Shown here piece after piece: positions 41,077-55,050 of a DNA stretch of 64,000 nt. The first letter of the stretch is position 1. Each line of letters begins with the position of its first letter. The notes under the pieces were generated by a model. The model was not told the origin of the DNA, searched no databases, and saw only the letters and a list, made by a program, of their open reading frames with translations. Source of the DNA: Octopus sinensis (lineage: Eukaryota); NCBI RefSeq assembly GCF_006345805.1, contig NC_043012.1, positions 47,740,001-47,804,000 on the forward strand, written 5' to 3'. Both the position numbers and the translations under genes were made by a program.

Positions 41077-41372
41077 CATTATATATAAGGGCTTAGTAAA
41101 ATAAATTACTTTGCCACATACTGAACTCATACTGAATACTTGGTGAAATTGACTAAGCCCTTATATATAATGTTTTATTTTATTTTACTAAGCCCTTATA
41201 TATAATGTAGTAATTTATTTTACTAAGCCCTTATATATAATGTAATATTTTGAATTCGCCTGTAATGGTCCCTTTACATACTGAATACTTGGTGAAATTG
41301 ATTAATAATTAATTAATTTTACCCTCAATTGTTGAAATTATATATATATATATATATGTATGCATATATATA

Positions 41373-41417
<45 letters not shown>

Positions 41418-41665
41418 GTGTGTGTGTGTGTGGTGTGTGTGTGTGTGTGTATGCATATATATATATAATATATATATATATGTATGTATGTAGGTATACA
41501 TATATATAGATAGATAGAGATAGAGATATATATGTACTTATGTGTATATACACGCAACATACACACAAACATATACATACAAAATATGCACACTGATATA
41601 CAACTATATATTTATATAAGAATGCACATACATGATATATATGTAGACAAATCATTTTGTATACA

Positions 41666-41709
<44 letters not shown>

Positions 41710-41770
41710 TCACACTTATATATACATAATTATATACTCATATTCTTATGTGCACGCAAGTGCGTGTATA
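40720..41770. repeat. (TA)/(GT)/(CA) microsatellite field
   Basis: Read directly from sequence. Confidence 0.9.
41076..41340. repeat. rearranged short repeat: 35-bp inverted arms plus internal direct repeats
   Basis: 41076-41110 is the exact reverse complement of 41209-41243. CTAAGCCCTTATATATAATGT occurs 3 times; CATACTGAATACTTGGTGAAATTGA twice. Confidence 0.9.
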
Positions 41771-42689
41771 TATGTGTATGTATGCGTGTATGTATGTATA
41801 TGATAGAATGTTCACAGAGTAAATGAGAGAGCTGTGTGAAGTGAAAGTGTCGTAAAATCTATAATAAACGCATCAATAACCATGACAGGTAATCATAATG
41901 TATTTTGTAATTTATTATCAAATACGATTATAAATTATCTATCGTGTATAGATTTTATAACTATAACTACTTTTAATCTGACACTGTGATAGATGGCATG
42001 CTTGATAGAAAAAGGAACTGGAGATAAATTAATCACAATCATCCTACAATGACATTATACGCTGTCTTTCAAACTACTGATTTACTATCAGTCAAACAAA
42101 TATTTTATACGTGTGTGATATATTTTACAACGATTTTAAGCTAACTTAAAGGAGAGATAGAGGAGCAATTACAGGGAAGAAATCATATGCTAACATGCAG
42201 GCTAAGTGTAGTTTACTAAAACCAAGTGCATTCCGAATTTAAGCGATTACACTATTTGAATAGTACAAAATTTATTAAACCATGAAATCATAAAAAGAAA
42301 ATCAGCTGAGCGAGATTTGAACTCTGAGCCTAGTCAAATCTATATAATCGACTTCTAGACTGAATCACGTCAAATGTTCTAGTAACAATTACTATGAACC
42401 AGAGCATGATTGTTTAGAGATTAAACAATTCTGTTTTGTGGAATAGTGGATCTAAAAGCAGACAAAACGTCGAGGTCCATCATTCTAGGAAATGTTCTTG
42501 TTCTCTCGATGTGTATAAATCCTTGTCGCGGCAGCCAAATTTAGTGGCTGCTTTTATGTTCGGTGTAAAACGTATATTACTTTATATAGCCTGTTGTTCA
42601 AAACACATTTACTCACACCAGAATTGTTGCAAGATTTAAAAATAGAATATACATGCGCCTTTTTAAAACCTAACGAGGCTAATGGGCCC

Positions 42690-42900
42690 GGTTTCCAGGT
42701 TACAATGGCGAATGTGTTCCCCAGCTGGACGGGACGCCAGTCCATCGCAGTGTTACTCATTTATGCCAGCTGAGTGGACTGGAGCAACGTGAAATGAAGT
42801 GTTTTGCTCAAGAACACAACGCGTTGCCTGGTCTAGGAATCGGAACCACAATCTTACGATCATGTTGCTGACACCCTAACCACTAGGCCACGCGCCTCCA
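42690..42900 (-). mobile_element. tRNA-derived SINE with CORE-like domain
   Basis: Minus-strand head GGAGGCGCGTGGCCTAGTGGTTAGGGTG; central TGAAGTGTTTTGCTCAAGAACACAAC is CORE-like. Confidence 0.75.
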
Positions 42901-43429
42901 CTGTTGCAAGATTTACATGTATAAATTAGTACAGTTATATAAAGAGCGAGACTAATATCTGTCCATTGGGTCTGTATTATTATTTTTTTACCGGTACATT
43001 ATCACGACTGATGGCTTCAAAAAGTGTGCGATTGTGAAAGCCTTTTTACTCCAGTAAAACTTGTAACTGCTCCTTACAATATCATTTTAAGTCAAAAGTA
43101 AGAAAGCGGAAATAATTGTAATTTCCAGAATTTCTCATGATCGTGAAATTGTCGAGTATCGATGCAGGGTTCGGGAGAATACATTCGAAAATCGAGAAAA
43201 GGAAGAAAGCTTTTGCTATTCAGTGACAGTCATGTTTATTCCTTCACAAGTTTATTCTTTTTGGTGAAATCATTATATGTTATATATATATCACATAAGT
43301 ATGTAATATTGAGTTATAACACTTGAAAATTTATATATTCTTCAGTAGCTGGGGTTTTCTAGTATCGTAATCATAATTTTCATAATCATCTTCATTGTCA
43401 TCATCGTTGTCATTATACTACTACAAATA

Positions 43430-43930
43430 ATAATAATTCAGGAACAAGGCCTGAAATTTGGGGGAAGGTGATAGTCGATTACATCGACCTCAGTACTCAA
43501 CTGGTAGTTGATTTATCGGCCCCGAAAGGATAAAAGGCAAAGTTGACCTCGTAGGATTTGAACTCACAACGTAAGGGCAGAAGAAATAATTATTTCTTTA
43601 CTACCCACAAGGGGCTAAACACAGAGGGGACCCCAGTGCGTAACTGGTACTTAATTAATCGAACCCGAAAGGATGAGAGGCAAAGTCGACCTCGGCGGAA
43701 TTTGAACTCAGAACGTAACGGCAGACGAAATACCCCTAAAGTTTCTGCCAGCTCGCCGCCTTATAAATACCTATTTCTTTACTACCCACAAGGGGATAAA
43801 CACAGAGAGGACAAACAAAGTCAGACAAACGGATTTAGTCGATTACATCGACACCAGTGCGTAACTGGTACTTAATTTTTCGACCCCGGAAGGATGAAAG
43901 GCAAAATCGACCTCGGCGGAATTTGAACTC
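43430..43930 (-). mobile_element. three head-to-tail SINE copies
   Basis: GAAAGGAT.A.AGGCAAA.T.GACCTCG..GGA.TTTGAACTC recurs at ~43525, ~43670 and ~43890. Confidence 0.8.
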
Positions 43931-43949
43931 TAATAATAATAATAATAAT

Positions 43950-45200
43950 AATGATATTTTTTTTAAAGATTAACGTAAAAGTTTTCACGATGGTATATAG
44001 AAAATGGAGAGAGGGCGACGTGACTTATAATAGACAGTTTATTTAACTGTTAGAATGATATTTTGTCTGATAGTTTGTCCTCTTCCAGAAATTCAAAATA
44101 TAACCGAGGAGATCCTGCGTTCCTGTTTTGATAAAATATTTACTCAAACAGTTTTGCTTTAATGTGATGAAATTTAACTATCATTTATTAATTCCTCCAG
44201 GGCGTGATATTAGTTATTCACAAATATATTTGTCCTCATAAACTTTGAGAACGGAAAGTGTTGTAAATTCAGAATAATTTCTGAGAATCTGCACCTTCAA
44301 ATGGTCTTCGAAATTGCAGCCGCTTGTAAAATGTTCAGCAAATTGTGTCGAACTACTGTTATTGTACTGTTCTATATTTAAGAACTGTTATTGTGCTATT
44401 ACTTTTATCGTGTCTGATGTCATATTAGTGACTATTGAACCTTTTATTTAATTGTTCTGATGTACAGCCAGCATAAATCAAGTTGCATCTTGTGTATTTT
44501 GCTGCGTATACCAAATGGGAAACTTTACATCTCCCACCTTAACGTATAAATCATCATATTTCTCTTACGATTCATGACTGAATTGACTTGATTCATGTTG
44601 TTGCACAATTCACACAGCTTACTTCTCTTGCAGCTGTTTTTACAAGGTACAGCGTTCAGAAACTCCAATTGCATTTTTCTTGGAGGTAGAGGTTGTGGTT
44701 AATATTTCTTTTATATTTTTATTCCATCTAAATGCTACAATAAGCGGCTGAGGAATTTTTTTTTTTTAAACAAGGATATTTTTCTGCAATATGTTGGTAA
44801 CTTTCATGAAACCCCTTTGAAATGCCAGTGAAGATTCGGTGCCAGTTAATCACTAAAGGAATTCTATCAGAAATTTTAGTTTGGTTGTTAAAATTATGTG
44901 GGGAAGTTTGACTTACCTTGCTAATTTTAGCTATGTCATTTGCGATTTTCTTTAATCGTGATTCACAGTAACCGTGTTTAACATAACTGTGTACAAAAGC
45001 ATTTGCATGTTTCCAGTAAAATTGTGACAGAGTTATTTTGCAATCCTATGTCAACCCACATTTACCTTCACTGCCTCTTCGATCAATCACATTATATCAT
45101 TCGGTGAAATCCGAATTCTCAGTTTTTGAGGGTAAGACGAATTTGTTCTAATAAAGAGGAAATACTGGGAACATGCAAATACTTCTGCCAAATCTCCGCC
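43950..45200 (-). mobile_element. second Neptune-like PLE, thumb-linker-GIY-YIG fragment, decayed
   Basis: Minus strand DRIPLVINWH, PQPLIVAFR, Cys cluster C.PCK..CKRSKLCELC, VYAAKYTRCNLIYAGCTSEQL.KRFNSH, IAEHF, PGGIN. Confidence 0.75.
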
Positions 45201-45245
45201 TTAATTAATTCATTCATTAATAATAATAATAATAATAATAATATA

Positions 45246-45287
<42 letters not shown>

Positions 45288-45338
45288 CAACAACAACAAC
45301 AATAATAATAATAATAGTATTAAACATAATAATAATAA

Positions 45339-45420
<82 letters not shown>

Positions 45421-45461
45421 TCTTTAAAGGAATGATGTACCTTTTTACAAAGGTGAACATT

Positions 45462-45672
45462 CAAGGCGAAGAGCGCAATTCGATTGTAATAGATATTTTA
45501 TTAGTTGAACGATATTTCGACAGTAAGTCTGTCTTTATACTTTAAATTTGAATTTCTATAATTTTGAATTTTTATCACTTCTTATTTTGAAATCGACAAA
45601 GGCAGACTTACTGTCGAAATATCGTTCAACTAATAGAATATCGATTACGATCGAATCACGCTCTTCGTCTTG
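45462..45672. repeat. 75-bp inverted repeat, 61-nt spacer (second copy 46772-46982)
   Basis: 45462-45536 versus 45598-45672, about 7 mismatches. Confidence 0.92.
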
Positions 45673-45839
45673 ACTAATAATAATAATGATAATGATAATA
45701 ATAATAATAATGATAATGATAATAATAATATAATAATAATAATAATAAAATAATAATAATAATAATAATAATATATAATAATAATATAATAATAATATAA
45801 TAATAATAATAATAATAATAAATAATAATAATAATAATA

Positions 45840-45874
<35 letters not shown>

Positions 45875-45989
45875 TTAATAACAACAACAACACAACAACA
45901 ACAACAACAATAATAATAATATAATAATAATAATATAATAAAATAATAATAATAATAATAATTATGATAACAACAACAACAACAACAAC

Positions 45990-46054
<65 letters not shown>

Positions 46055-46066
46055 CACTAATAATAA

Positions 46067-46623
46067 ATGCCCTGATGCAGTACCAGGCAGTGGCTCTCAT
46101 GGCTTCTGATCTTAACTGATTGGAAGCATTATCATGTACATTGTTTTGTCTGGTATAAAAGATGGGCTGCAGCAAATATTCTGCTCAATACCACAGATTT
46201 GCTTGTCGTTTGTTTGACCGTAACCAGTTGAGCATGTCCCTTAGTGGCTGACGATATGTGCATCTTTGATCACAAGCAGAAGTAGTGGAAGGGGGCAGCA
46301 TGGCCATGTGTTGAGAGGGATTCTTTGGGGTTTGAATAATTCACGTCCGGAAACATGGATGTTTCGTTCAACATCCTTAAACAACCCTTATTCAGGGACC
46401 TTTTGAGTGGGATGGGTTACTCGACCAGAAGAAAATTCTAACAGGGCCCCACCTGCAAGGTCATGTGCTGTTTATCTGGATATGAGCTCATCTTGTCGCG
46501 CACATATGGTTATGATGCATGTGCCTAGTGCACCCTTATCAGACGGGTAGTCATGATGGGTATACTGGGCTTCGTATATTTCACCCTAGTGTAAGTTTGA
46601 TGGCATGCACTGCTCTCTCACTC
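46067..46623 (+). mobile_element. ~557-bp non-coding interspersed element flanked by (AAT)n
   Basis: Four related copies in window (29605, 46067, 47341, 48074), all next to AAT arrays; no long ORF. Strand assigned by inference. Confidence 0.8.
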
Positions 46624-46656
46624 AATAATAATAATAATATAATAATAATAATAATG

Positions 46657-46694
<38 letters not shown>

Positions 46695-47033
46695 TAATAA
46701 TAATAATAATAATTAATAATAATAATAATATCTTTAAAGGAATGATGTACCTTTTTACAAAGGTGAACATTCAAGGCGAAGAGCGCAATTCGATTGTAAT
46801 AGATATTTTATTAGTTGAACGATATTTCGACAGTAAGTCTGTCTTTATACTTTAAATTTGAATTTCTATAATTTTGAATTTTTATCACTTCTTATTTTGA
46901 AATCGACAAAGGCAGACTTACTGTCGAAATATCGTTCAACTAATAGAATATCGATTACGATCGAATCACGCTCTTCGTCTTGACTAATAATAATAATGAT
47001 GATGATGATGATGATAATGATGATTATGATAAA

Positions 47034-47070
<37 letters not shown>

Positions 47071-47122
47071 TAATAATAATAATAATATAATAATAATATT
47101 AATAATAATAATAATAATAATG

Positions 47123-47178
<56 letters not shown>

Positions 47179-47205
47179 TATGATAACAACAACAACAACA
47201 ACAAC

Positions 47206-47258
<53 letters not shown>

Positions 47259-47287
47259 TATGATAACAACAACAACACAACAACAAC

Positions 47288-47332
<45 letters not shown>

Positions 47333-47340
47333 AATAATAA

Positions 47341-47897
47341 ATGCCCTGATGCAGTACCAGGCAGTGGCTCTCATGGCTTCTGATCTTAACTGATTGGAAG
47401 CATTATCATGTACATTGTTTTGTCTGGTATAAAATATGGGCTGCAGCAAATATTCTGCTCAATACCACAGATTTGCTTGTCGTTTGTTTGACCGTAACCA
47501 GTTGAGCATGTCCCTTAGTGGCTGACGATATGTGCATCTTTGATCACAAGCAGAAGTAGTGGAAGGGGGCAGCATGGCCATGTGTTGAGAGGGATTCTTT
47601 GGGGTTTGAATAATTCACGTCCGGAAACATGGATGTTTCGTTCAACATCCTTAAACAACCCTTATTCAGGGACCTTTTGAGTGGGATGGGTTACTCGACC
47701 AGAAGAAAATTCTAACAGGGCCCCACCTGCAAGGTCATGTGCTGTTTATCTGGATATGAGCTCATCTTGTCGCGCACATATGGTTATGATGCATGTACCT
47801 AGTGCACCCTTATCAGACGGGTAGTCATGATGGGTATACTGGGCTTCGTATATTTCACCCTAGTGTAAGTTTGATGGCATGCACTGCTCTCTCACTC
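47341..47897 (+). mobile_element. second copy of the ~557-bp element
   Basis: Near-identical to 46067-46623. Confidence 0.8.
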
Positions 47898-47981
<84 letters not shown>

Positions 47982-48029
47982 TAATAATAATAATAATAAT
48001 AATAATAGTAATAATAATAATAATAATAA

Positions 48030-48072
<43 letters not shown>

Positions 48073-48073
48073 T

Positions 48074-48146
48074 TCATGATATGTATACTGGGCTTCGTAT
48101 AATTTACCCCAGTGTCACTTTGGTGGCATGCACTTTTCTTTCACTC
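48074..48146 (+). mobile_element. 3' tail fragment of the same element, diverged
   Basis: TATACTGGGCTTCGTATA.TTTACCCCAGTGTCACTTTG.TGGCATGCAC...CACTC followed by (AAT)n. Confidence 0.75.
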
Positions 48147-49551
48147 AATAATAATAATAATAATGATAATATTTGATTTTCCTCTATCATACTGTTACTC
48201 TAGCGGTTCTTAATAAATTTTCTTCACTGTTACTCATATAGGAGGTTATATCTACCCTAGCCAACTCCAAGCACTCTTCTACTTATATTAACCATTTTCA
48301 ACCTTCCTTTCTATGTAAGTATAATCTTGCTAATCCTGCTCTTGGGCGAAGTCCTCTAGTCCTATTGAAGTCCTTCCTAGTTCTGCCTAGATCTTCTAAA
48401 TCAGATTTTGTCCAGTCTACAAAATCTACTGCATATATAATTAACAATACTGCCCAAGTATTTACAGCCTTCACTAGATTCGGACCATTTATCTTTCACT
48501 TCATTAACTTCTTTACCCTTCTGATGCACTCCTTAATGTTCTCTTTCATTTCTGTAGTTAGAGCTCTGTCAGATTCTAATACTCGTAGATGCTTATAATT
48601 TTCTTCTTCCGCAGTAATTGTAATGTATGGCCGTCTAGTAGTAGAATGCCTTCCCTGCTGACTGTTTCTCTCTTTATGACTAATGTTGCGTAATTAACGA
48701 TGCCAAATTCCATACCTGCATCCTTGATGAAGTGTCTTACATTTTGTATCAAAGAATCTACCTCAGCTTATTCTGAAGTGATACTTCTCGCCTTTGCGCT
48801 TCTTAATACTAAACCCTGGGCGATAAAACATAACACAAATATCAAAGATTATAACGAGTCTTCTGAAAACGTTCCTCTCTTCATATCAACTATCCCTAAG
48901 GCTGTATCACCTGTGTAGAGATCTACTTTCCATGTCTTCATTTTATAGCTGATTGACTTTCTTATGTTGTCTGCAATACTAAATATTCTCAAACATTCAC
49001 TAATACAAGCGTGTAGAATCATACCATACGCTTTCTTATAACGTATCCATACTGTTACTAATTTTTCTTTCTATATTTCACTGCTTTTATAACTGCTATG
49101 TCTATGTACATAGATCATGAGTTCATCTGGCATTTTTCTTGCAAGCTTTCTCTTCTTCTAGAAGTAAATTATGGCTATCAAGCTGCTCTTAAATGCTTTC
49201 TTAGAGCAGCTTCCACGCTGATGGTAAGCAATTGATTGGTCTACAATTGCTGGCTATATTAAACATGATTTTGTCTTTCATATGGGATGCTTTTCCCCTT
49301 CTAGTCATCCAATTAGGCATGGCTCCACCATTCAGGCAATCCTAAAGTTGTTTTCTCAGTCTCCCAAGTAAGCTACTAAAGTTCTTTTGGTCATGGGCAC
49401 TTCCAATTTGACGGATTGCCTAACACTTTTTCCTAACACTTTACTCATTAATGCACTTTTAAGTTTTAGATGTCTTCTACCCACTACCTACTTCTTCCCT
49501 CCCTTTTTTTTAACTGTGGTGCATCCCCATATGGTCAGCTGGTTTATATGA

Positions 49552-50292
<741 letters not shown>

Positions 50293-50293
<1 letters not shown>

Positions 50294-52031
50294 TTGACGG
50301 ACCGAGACGTACACGATCTGAGCGATTCCATGCAGATGTATAAGGCCTTTCGCCAGCACTTTACTCGGTTGTTCGGAGAGAGTGACTGGGTGAAGATGGT
50401 GGAAGACTTCAATCCCTACCTCGAAAGCTTGATGCGTCTCTCGACGGCTGAGTAGGGCGCTTTGAAAGACAGATAACTTCAGCAGAAATTCAGGATAGCA
50501 TGGTCCGCAGCACGAGCTGCAAGTCACCCAGTTTAGATGGTCTGCCCAATGAAATCTACGATAATATGCCAGGCTTGTTCTTCGATCTTCTGGAAACGCT
50601 CTACTGCAACTGGCAGCAGAGCAGGAATATTCCCAGTTCTGTGAATCAGGGCATAGTGATACTAATTAGGAAATACGAAAATAAGATAACTTCAGGCCCA
50701 TAGCTCTCCTTAACTCAGAGTTTAGGATTTTGGCCAAGGTATTAGCAAAGAGTTGGTTCTTGTCATCGAGGATTTGGTTGGGGTGGCCCAAACCTGCGCA
50801 ATCCCGACTAGGTCCATACACGAAAGCCTCCTCTTCATGCAATACATCATAGAACGGGTAGGGTGCAAACCTGGTTTCGGTAGGGCGCTGATCAATATAG
50901 ATCAATCGAAAACATTCCTTGGGGTCGACTATCTATATCTAGAGGCTGTCCTCAAAACGACTGGCTTCGGCCCCGTCTTCAGAGTATAGATCGCTGCAAT
51001 GCACACCGGCATCTGCTCGGTGGTGAAAGTTAATGGCCACCTCTCGGAACCGTTTCAAATTTCCCGATCGGTCCGTCAAGAGTGCCTTCTCACCTCACTT
51101 TTGTACGTATTGACACTTGAGCCTTTACTGCCGAAGGCAGTATCCCTGTGTTGGCATATGCAGACGACATCACCGTGATGTCGGAGACCTCAGAAATCGA
51201 GGTAGTCGGCAAATCATTAGAGGAATATGCGGATTTGGCAGAAGCAAAACTTAACCCGGAAAAGTCGGTGGGCTTGCAAATCGGCATCTGGAGAGGCAAG
51301 TCTATGCCATCCAATAGCGTCGTTAGACGCTGGACGGACGGACCGGTAAAGCTGCTTAAGGTTTGGTTCAGACCAGACTTCCAGGTGGATAAGAATTGGG
51401 GCGAGGTAACTAGCGGTGTAGTCAGTCTCACCCATGAACGGGCTGGGAGGAAGCTATCACTGAATGGTTGGGCGGAGGTGACAAATGCTTACATCGCGTC
51501 CGTCATCTACAACTACTTAACCGTCGTGCCTTGCCCATGATCGCGCCTCGCCAAGTTGGATACCCCTCCTATTCAAATTCTTGTGCAGGGGACAGGCTCC
51601 ATTGGTGAGGTTGTCCATCTGCTGCCAAACACCCTTAACGCGGAGGGCTGGGCATGCCGTGGCTTATAATGCTGCAGCCTCTCCAGACATAAACAGTGAA
51701 CAGGTGTGGTCACCGTTTATCAGACAGGCCTTTCCAGAGCTCGTCTCCTTCACTGAGCTAGGTCAAGGAGAGACCGAGGCAGGGTAACTGGCACCTGGAA
51801 TATTGCCAGGAACTCACTGTCCTCTACCAATCGATCAGGTAATGCGATCAGTGGAACATCCATCTCCGGGTGGTTACTCCCCACCTTGGATAATTTTCAT
51901 TGTTATATTCCAAAAGCTGGATGTCATTACTATTGTTTTAATTGTGTACTCGTTGTTTATGTGTAAAATTCCCACTGTCTACGTCTACTGTATTGTCCCC
52001 TATATGTCGGCCCTACTGGCCAATAAATGAA
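50293..52031 (+). mobile_element. L1/Tx1-like LINE, 5'-truncated, decayed
   Basis: KSPSLDGLP.EIY, QTCAIP.RSI, ALINIDQSK.F..VD, VKVNG.LS.PF.I.RSVRQ, LAYADDITV; AATAAA at ~52022 then (AAT)n. Confidence 0.85.
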
Positions 52032-53206
52032 ATAGTAATAATAATAATTATTATTATTATTATTATTATTATTGTTGTTGTTGTTGTTGCTATTATTATT
52101 GTTATTGTTGTTGTTGTTGTTATTATTATCATCATCATCATTATTATTATCTGCTGTCTATGTTTGATGTGTTATTTGAATTACTTACCGGCCTGAAGTA
52201 TTTTACTACTGGAAAAAGTATTTTCTAAGACTTGCTAGTATACATATAACTTTGGATAATTTGGCGTTTATCCATACAGGCTTTGGACAAAGAAACATAA
52301 GATTTGCCATCTTTTTCATACATATCTTTTTTTCTTCCTCACCTTGCATAGCGTTGAAAATGGCTCTCGAAAATATCGAGCAACTGAACCAAAAGGAAAT
52401 TCACAATGAAGAAAATGACGCCGTTTCTAAACAGAAACAAACAAATATAAGGAGAGTAATTTAATTGTAGGCCAAGATATTAGTGTTGAACATGAACTAA
52501 ACAAAAACATTTTGAAGAGACAAAAATATTAGCTCAAGTGGAATGTTATCCACATCATAAGCGACACTAACACAACCACACTATGCCGAAGGAGAACATT
52601 ATCCTTGTTAATGGCCTCTTCGCTAGCGTAGTAAAAACCATGAAACATTTCAATATGAATGTTTTCCTCGGTGTAAAATTTGATAATGTGGGGAGATGGC
52701 ACGAAGAACAGTTTCTATTTCTCTTTGTCTATATACATATATATCTTTATCGGTCTCTGGCTCTACTTCACGCATGCATCCAGGAGTGAGGAAAATACTT
52801 TTCTATCTCTTTCTTCAAAATAAAAGCGGAATTCAAATACCATCGAAACAATAGCTGAGAGACTCTCTATCCGATGTGTGGGAAATATCGTCACTTCTGA
52901 ACCAGCTGCAGCAGCTGCAACAACGGCACCATCAGCTACAGCAGCAACAACATCAACAACAGCAACTGCAACAAAGGCAAGAAAATGTAAAAATTTGGCA
53001 GTGTCACATCCACTATTACCACCACTGCAAACCGAACAACCATCACTAAAATATGCAATGTTGACAAAAATAAGAACAAGAAGCACACCAACCACAAGAG
53101 TAGCAGCAGCAGCAGCAGAAATAGCAGAACCAACAGAAACAAGAATAAAGCTATCAATAAAATAAATAAAAGGTAGGGAAGGCAGCAGCAACACTGATAA
53201 TGAAAA

Positions 53207-53982
53207 AGGTGAATACAATAAAATTCAGACCAACAACAATAACACCCACCAATACTACAAGCACTATCAGTTTTAACATGAAAAAACTTGTGTTTAATAA
53301 TCCTTTCTTCTATAGGCACAAGGCTATCCATTTGGCCGGATGGGGCAAGTCGATTATATCGAGCCCCTCGACCACGAAAAGATAAAAGGCGCCCCTGTTC
53401 GAAATCACAACGTAAAGGCGGCCGAAATGCTAATGATTATGTCAGCTCGCTGCCCCTCATCAATAAAATTTAACAGGTGAAACTATGATCATGATGTTGA
53501 TAATAGTAATAATGATTATATTAATAGCAATATCGGTTTTATTGTTACCAATGAGACTACGATTAACAATGTTATTTCGCAGGTATGTCATTTCAGGTGA
53601 ATACAATAAAATTCAGACCAACAACAATAACACCCACCAATACTACAAGCACTATCAGTTTTAACATGAAAAAACTTGTGTTTAATAATCCTTTCTTCTA
53701 TAGGCACAAGGCTATCCATTTGGCCGGATGGGGCAAGTCGATTATATCGAGCCCCTCGACCACGAAAAGATAAAAGGCGCCCCTGTTCGAAATCACAACG
53801 TAAAGGCGGCCGAAATGCTAATGATTATGTCAGCTCGCTGCCCCTCATCAATAAAATTTAACAGGTGAAACTATGATCATGATGTTGATAATAGTAATAA
53901 TGATTATATTAATAGCAATATCGGTTTTATTGTTACCAATGAGACTACGATTAACAATGTTATTTCGCAGGTATGTCATTTC
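53207..53982. repeat. apparently perfect 388-bp tandem duplication
   Basis: Units 53207-53594 and 53595-53982, bounded by AGGT microhomology; contains a decayed SINE fragment. Confidence 0.97.
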
Positions 53983-54844
53983 AGGTCAGTGTATTAGTCC
54001 AATGACAGTAACTTTAACACCTGCACAAGAATTCGACAAGAGTCTGAAGCAGGTGATCAAGAAGAAACTAACGATGTTACTGCGAGAGCATCTTACTTAC
54101 AACACACTCAAATGACTACTATGAATTGTAGGTATAAATTTATGTGACAGCCACTAATGTACTAACATGGATTGAGAGACACTATCGCCACCTCACATAG
54201 AAAAGGAAATAGCAAAAATACATTTTGTAACAGATTAATATTACTCAGATACACGTTGTCCTACACGATAGCACACTGAAAACAACAATCACTTCGATAA
54301 TATGTAATATATTGTTGTAAAAGACAAGCAAAAGATAGAAAATTCCTGCAGAATATTAATAGACTAATGAAAGTATATAATCCTTATAGAAAATTAACAA
54401 AAGTATTACAGTTTTATGATTTAAGACAACATAAACGATGAACAACCATGAGTGAAAATACATGAATGTATCAAACAAATGAGATCTGCTGAAAATTATA
54501 TATTAGAAAGATATCTCAATGAAAATTAGAAGAAAGCAATACAGTGAAAACAACTCAGAAATATTCTGTATGACAAAAGGTGGTTACAAGAGAGAATTTA
54601 AGAAGATTCCGACTAAAGAAACATTAGCAACAATAAAGGCTTTTAAAATGCAACACCAATAGAAACTGAAACATTTCGCCGAAACATTTGAGTTTTGCTT
54701 AAACCTGTTTCGGCAGCTGGCCTTGAAACACCCCTTGGGGCTATCGTTTCGCATACTCACACGGCTCTGCGAGGTTATAGCTATCTTCAAAACAATCTTC
54801 AGCAATTTAGACCAAACGCCTAGATACCTACTTACAATCTAACC

Positions 54845-55050
54845 ACTAAATATTGGTTTCAAATTGTGGCACAGGGTCAGCAATTTCAAGGGTGGAGTAA
54901 ATCGATTGCATCGACCCAAGTGCTAGGCTGGTAATTATTTTACTGATTCCAAAAGGATGGAAGGTAAAGTCGACCTCAGTTGAATTTCAACTCAGAACCT
55001 GAAGACAGACGAAATGTCGCTAAGCATTTTGTCTGGCTTGCTAACAATTC
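54845..55050 (-). mobile_element. tRNA-derived SINE
   Basis: Reverse complement of the family at 58084-58295. Confidence 0.75.

Larger units (their letters stand above)
45421..48070. repeat. tandem duplication of a 1310-bp composite unit (hairpin module + (AAT)n + 557-bp element + (AAT)n)
   Basis: TCTTTAAAGGAATGATG at 45421 and 46731. Unique parts nearly identical (2 substitutions noticed); microsatellites differ. Confidence 0.95.

Noticed and set aside
44917-45050. Minus-strand exon-like segment with AAG|GTAAGT donor (DCKITLSQFYWKH...)
   Set aside because: It lies in frame within the thumb region of the decayed Neptune-like PLE.
46067-46200. HDV-like ribozyme at the end of the 557-bp element
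   Set aside because: No P1 partner strand or L3/J4-2 motifs found by eye in either orientation.
52790-53200. Ala/Thr-rich ORFs
   Set aside because: Degenerate CAG/CAA/GCA simple repeats, open on both strands.
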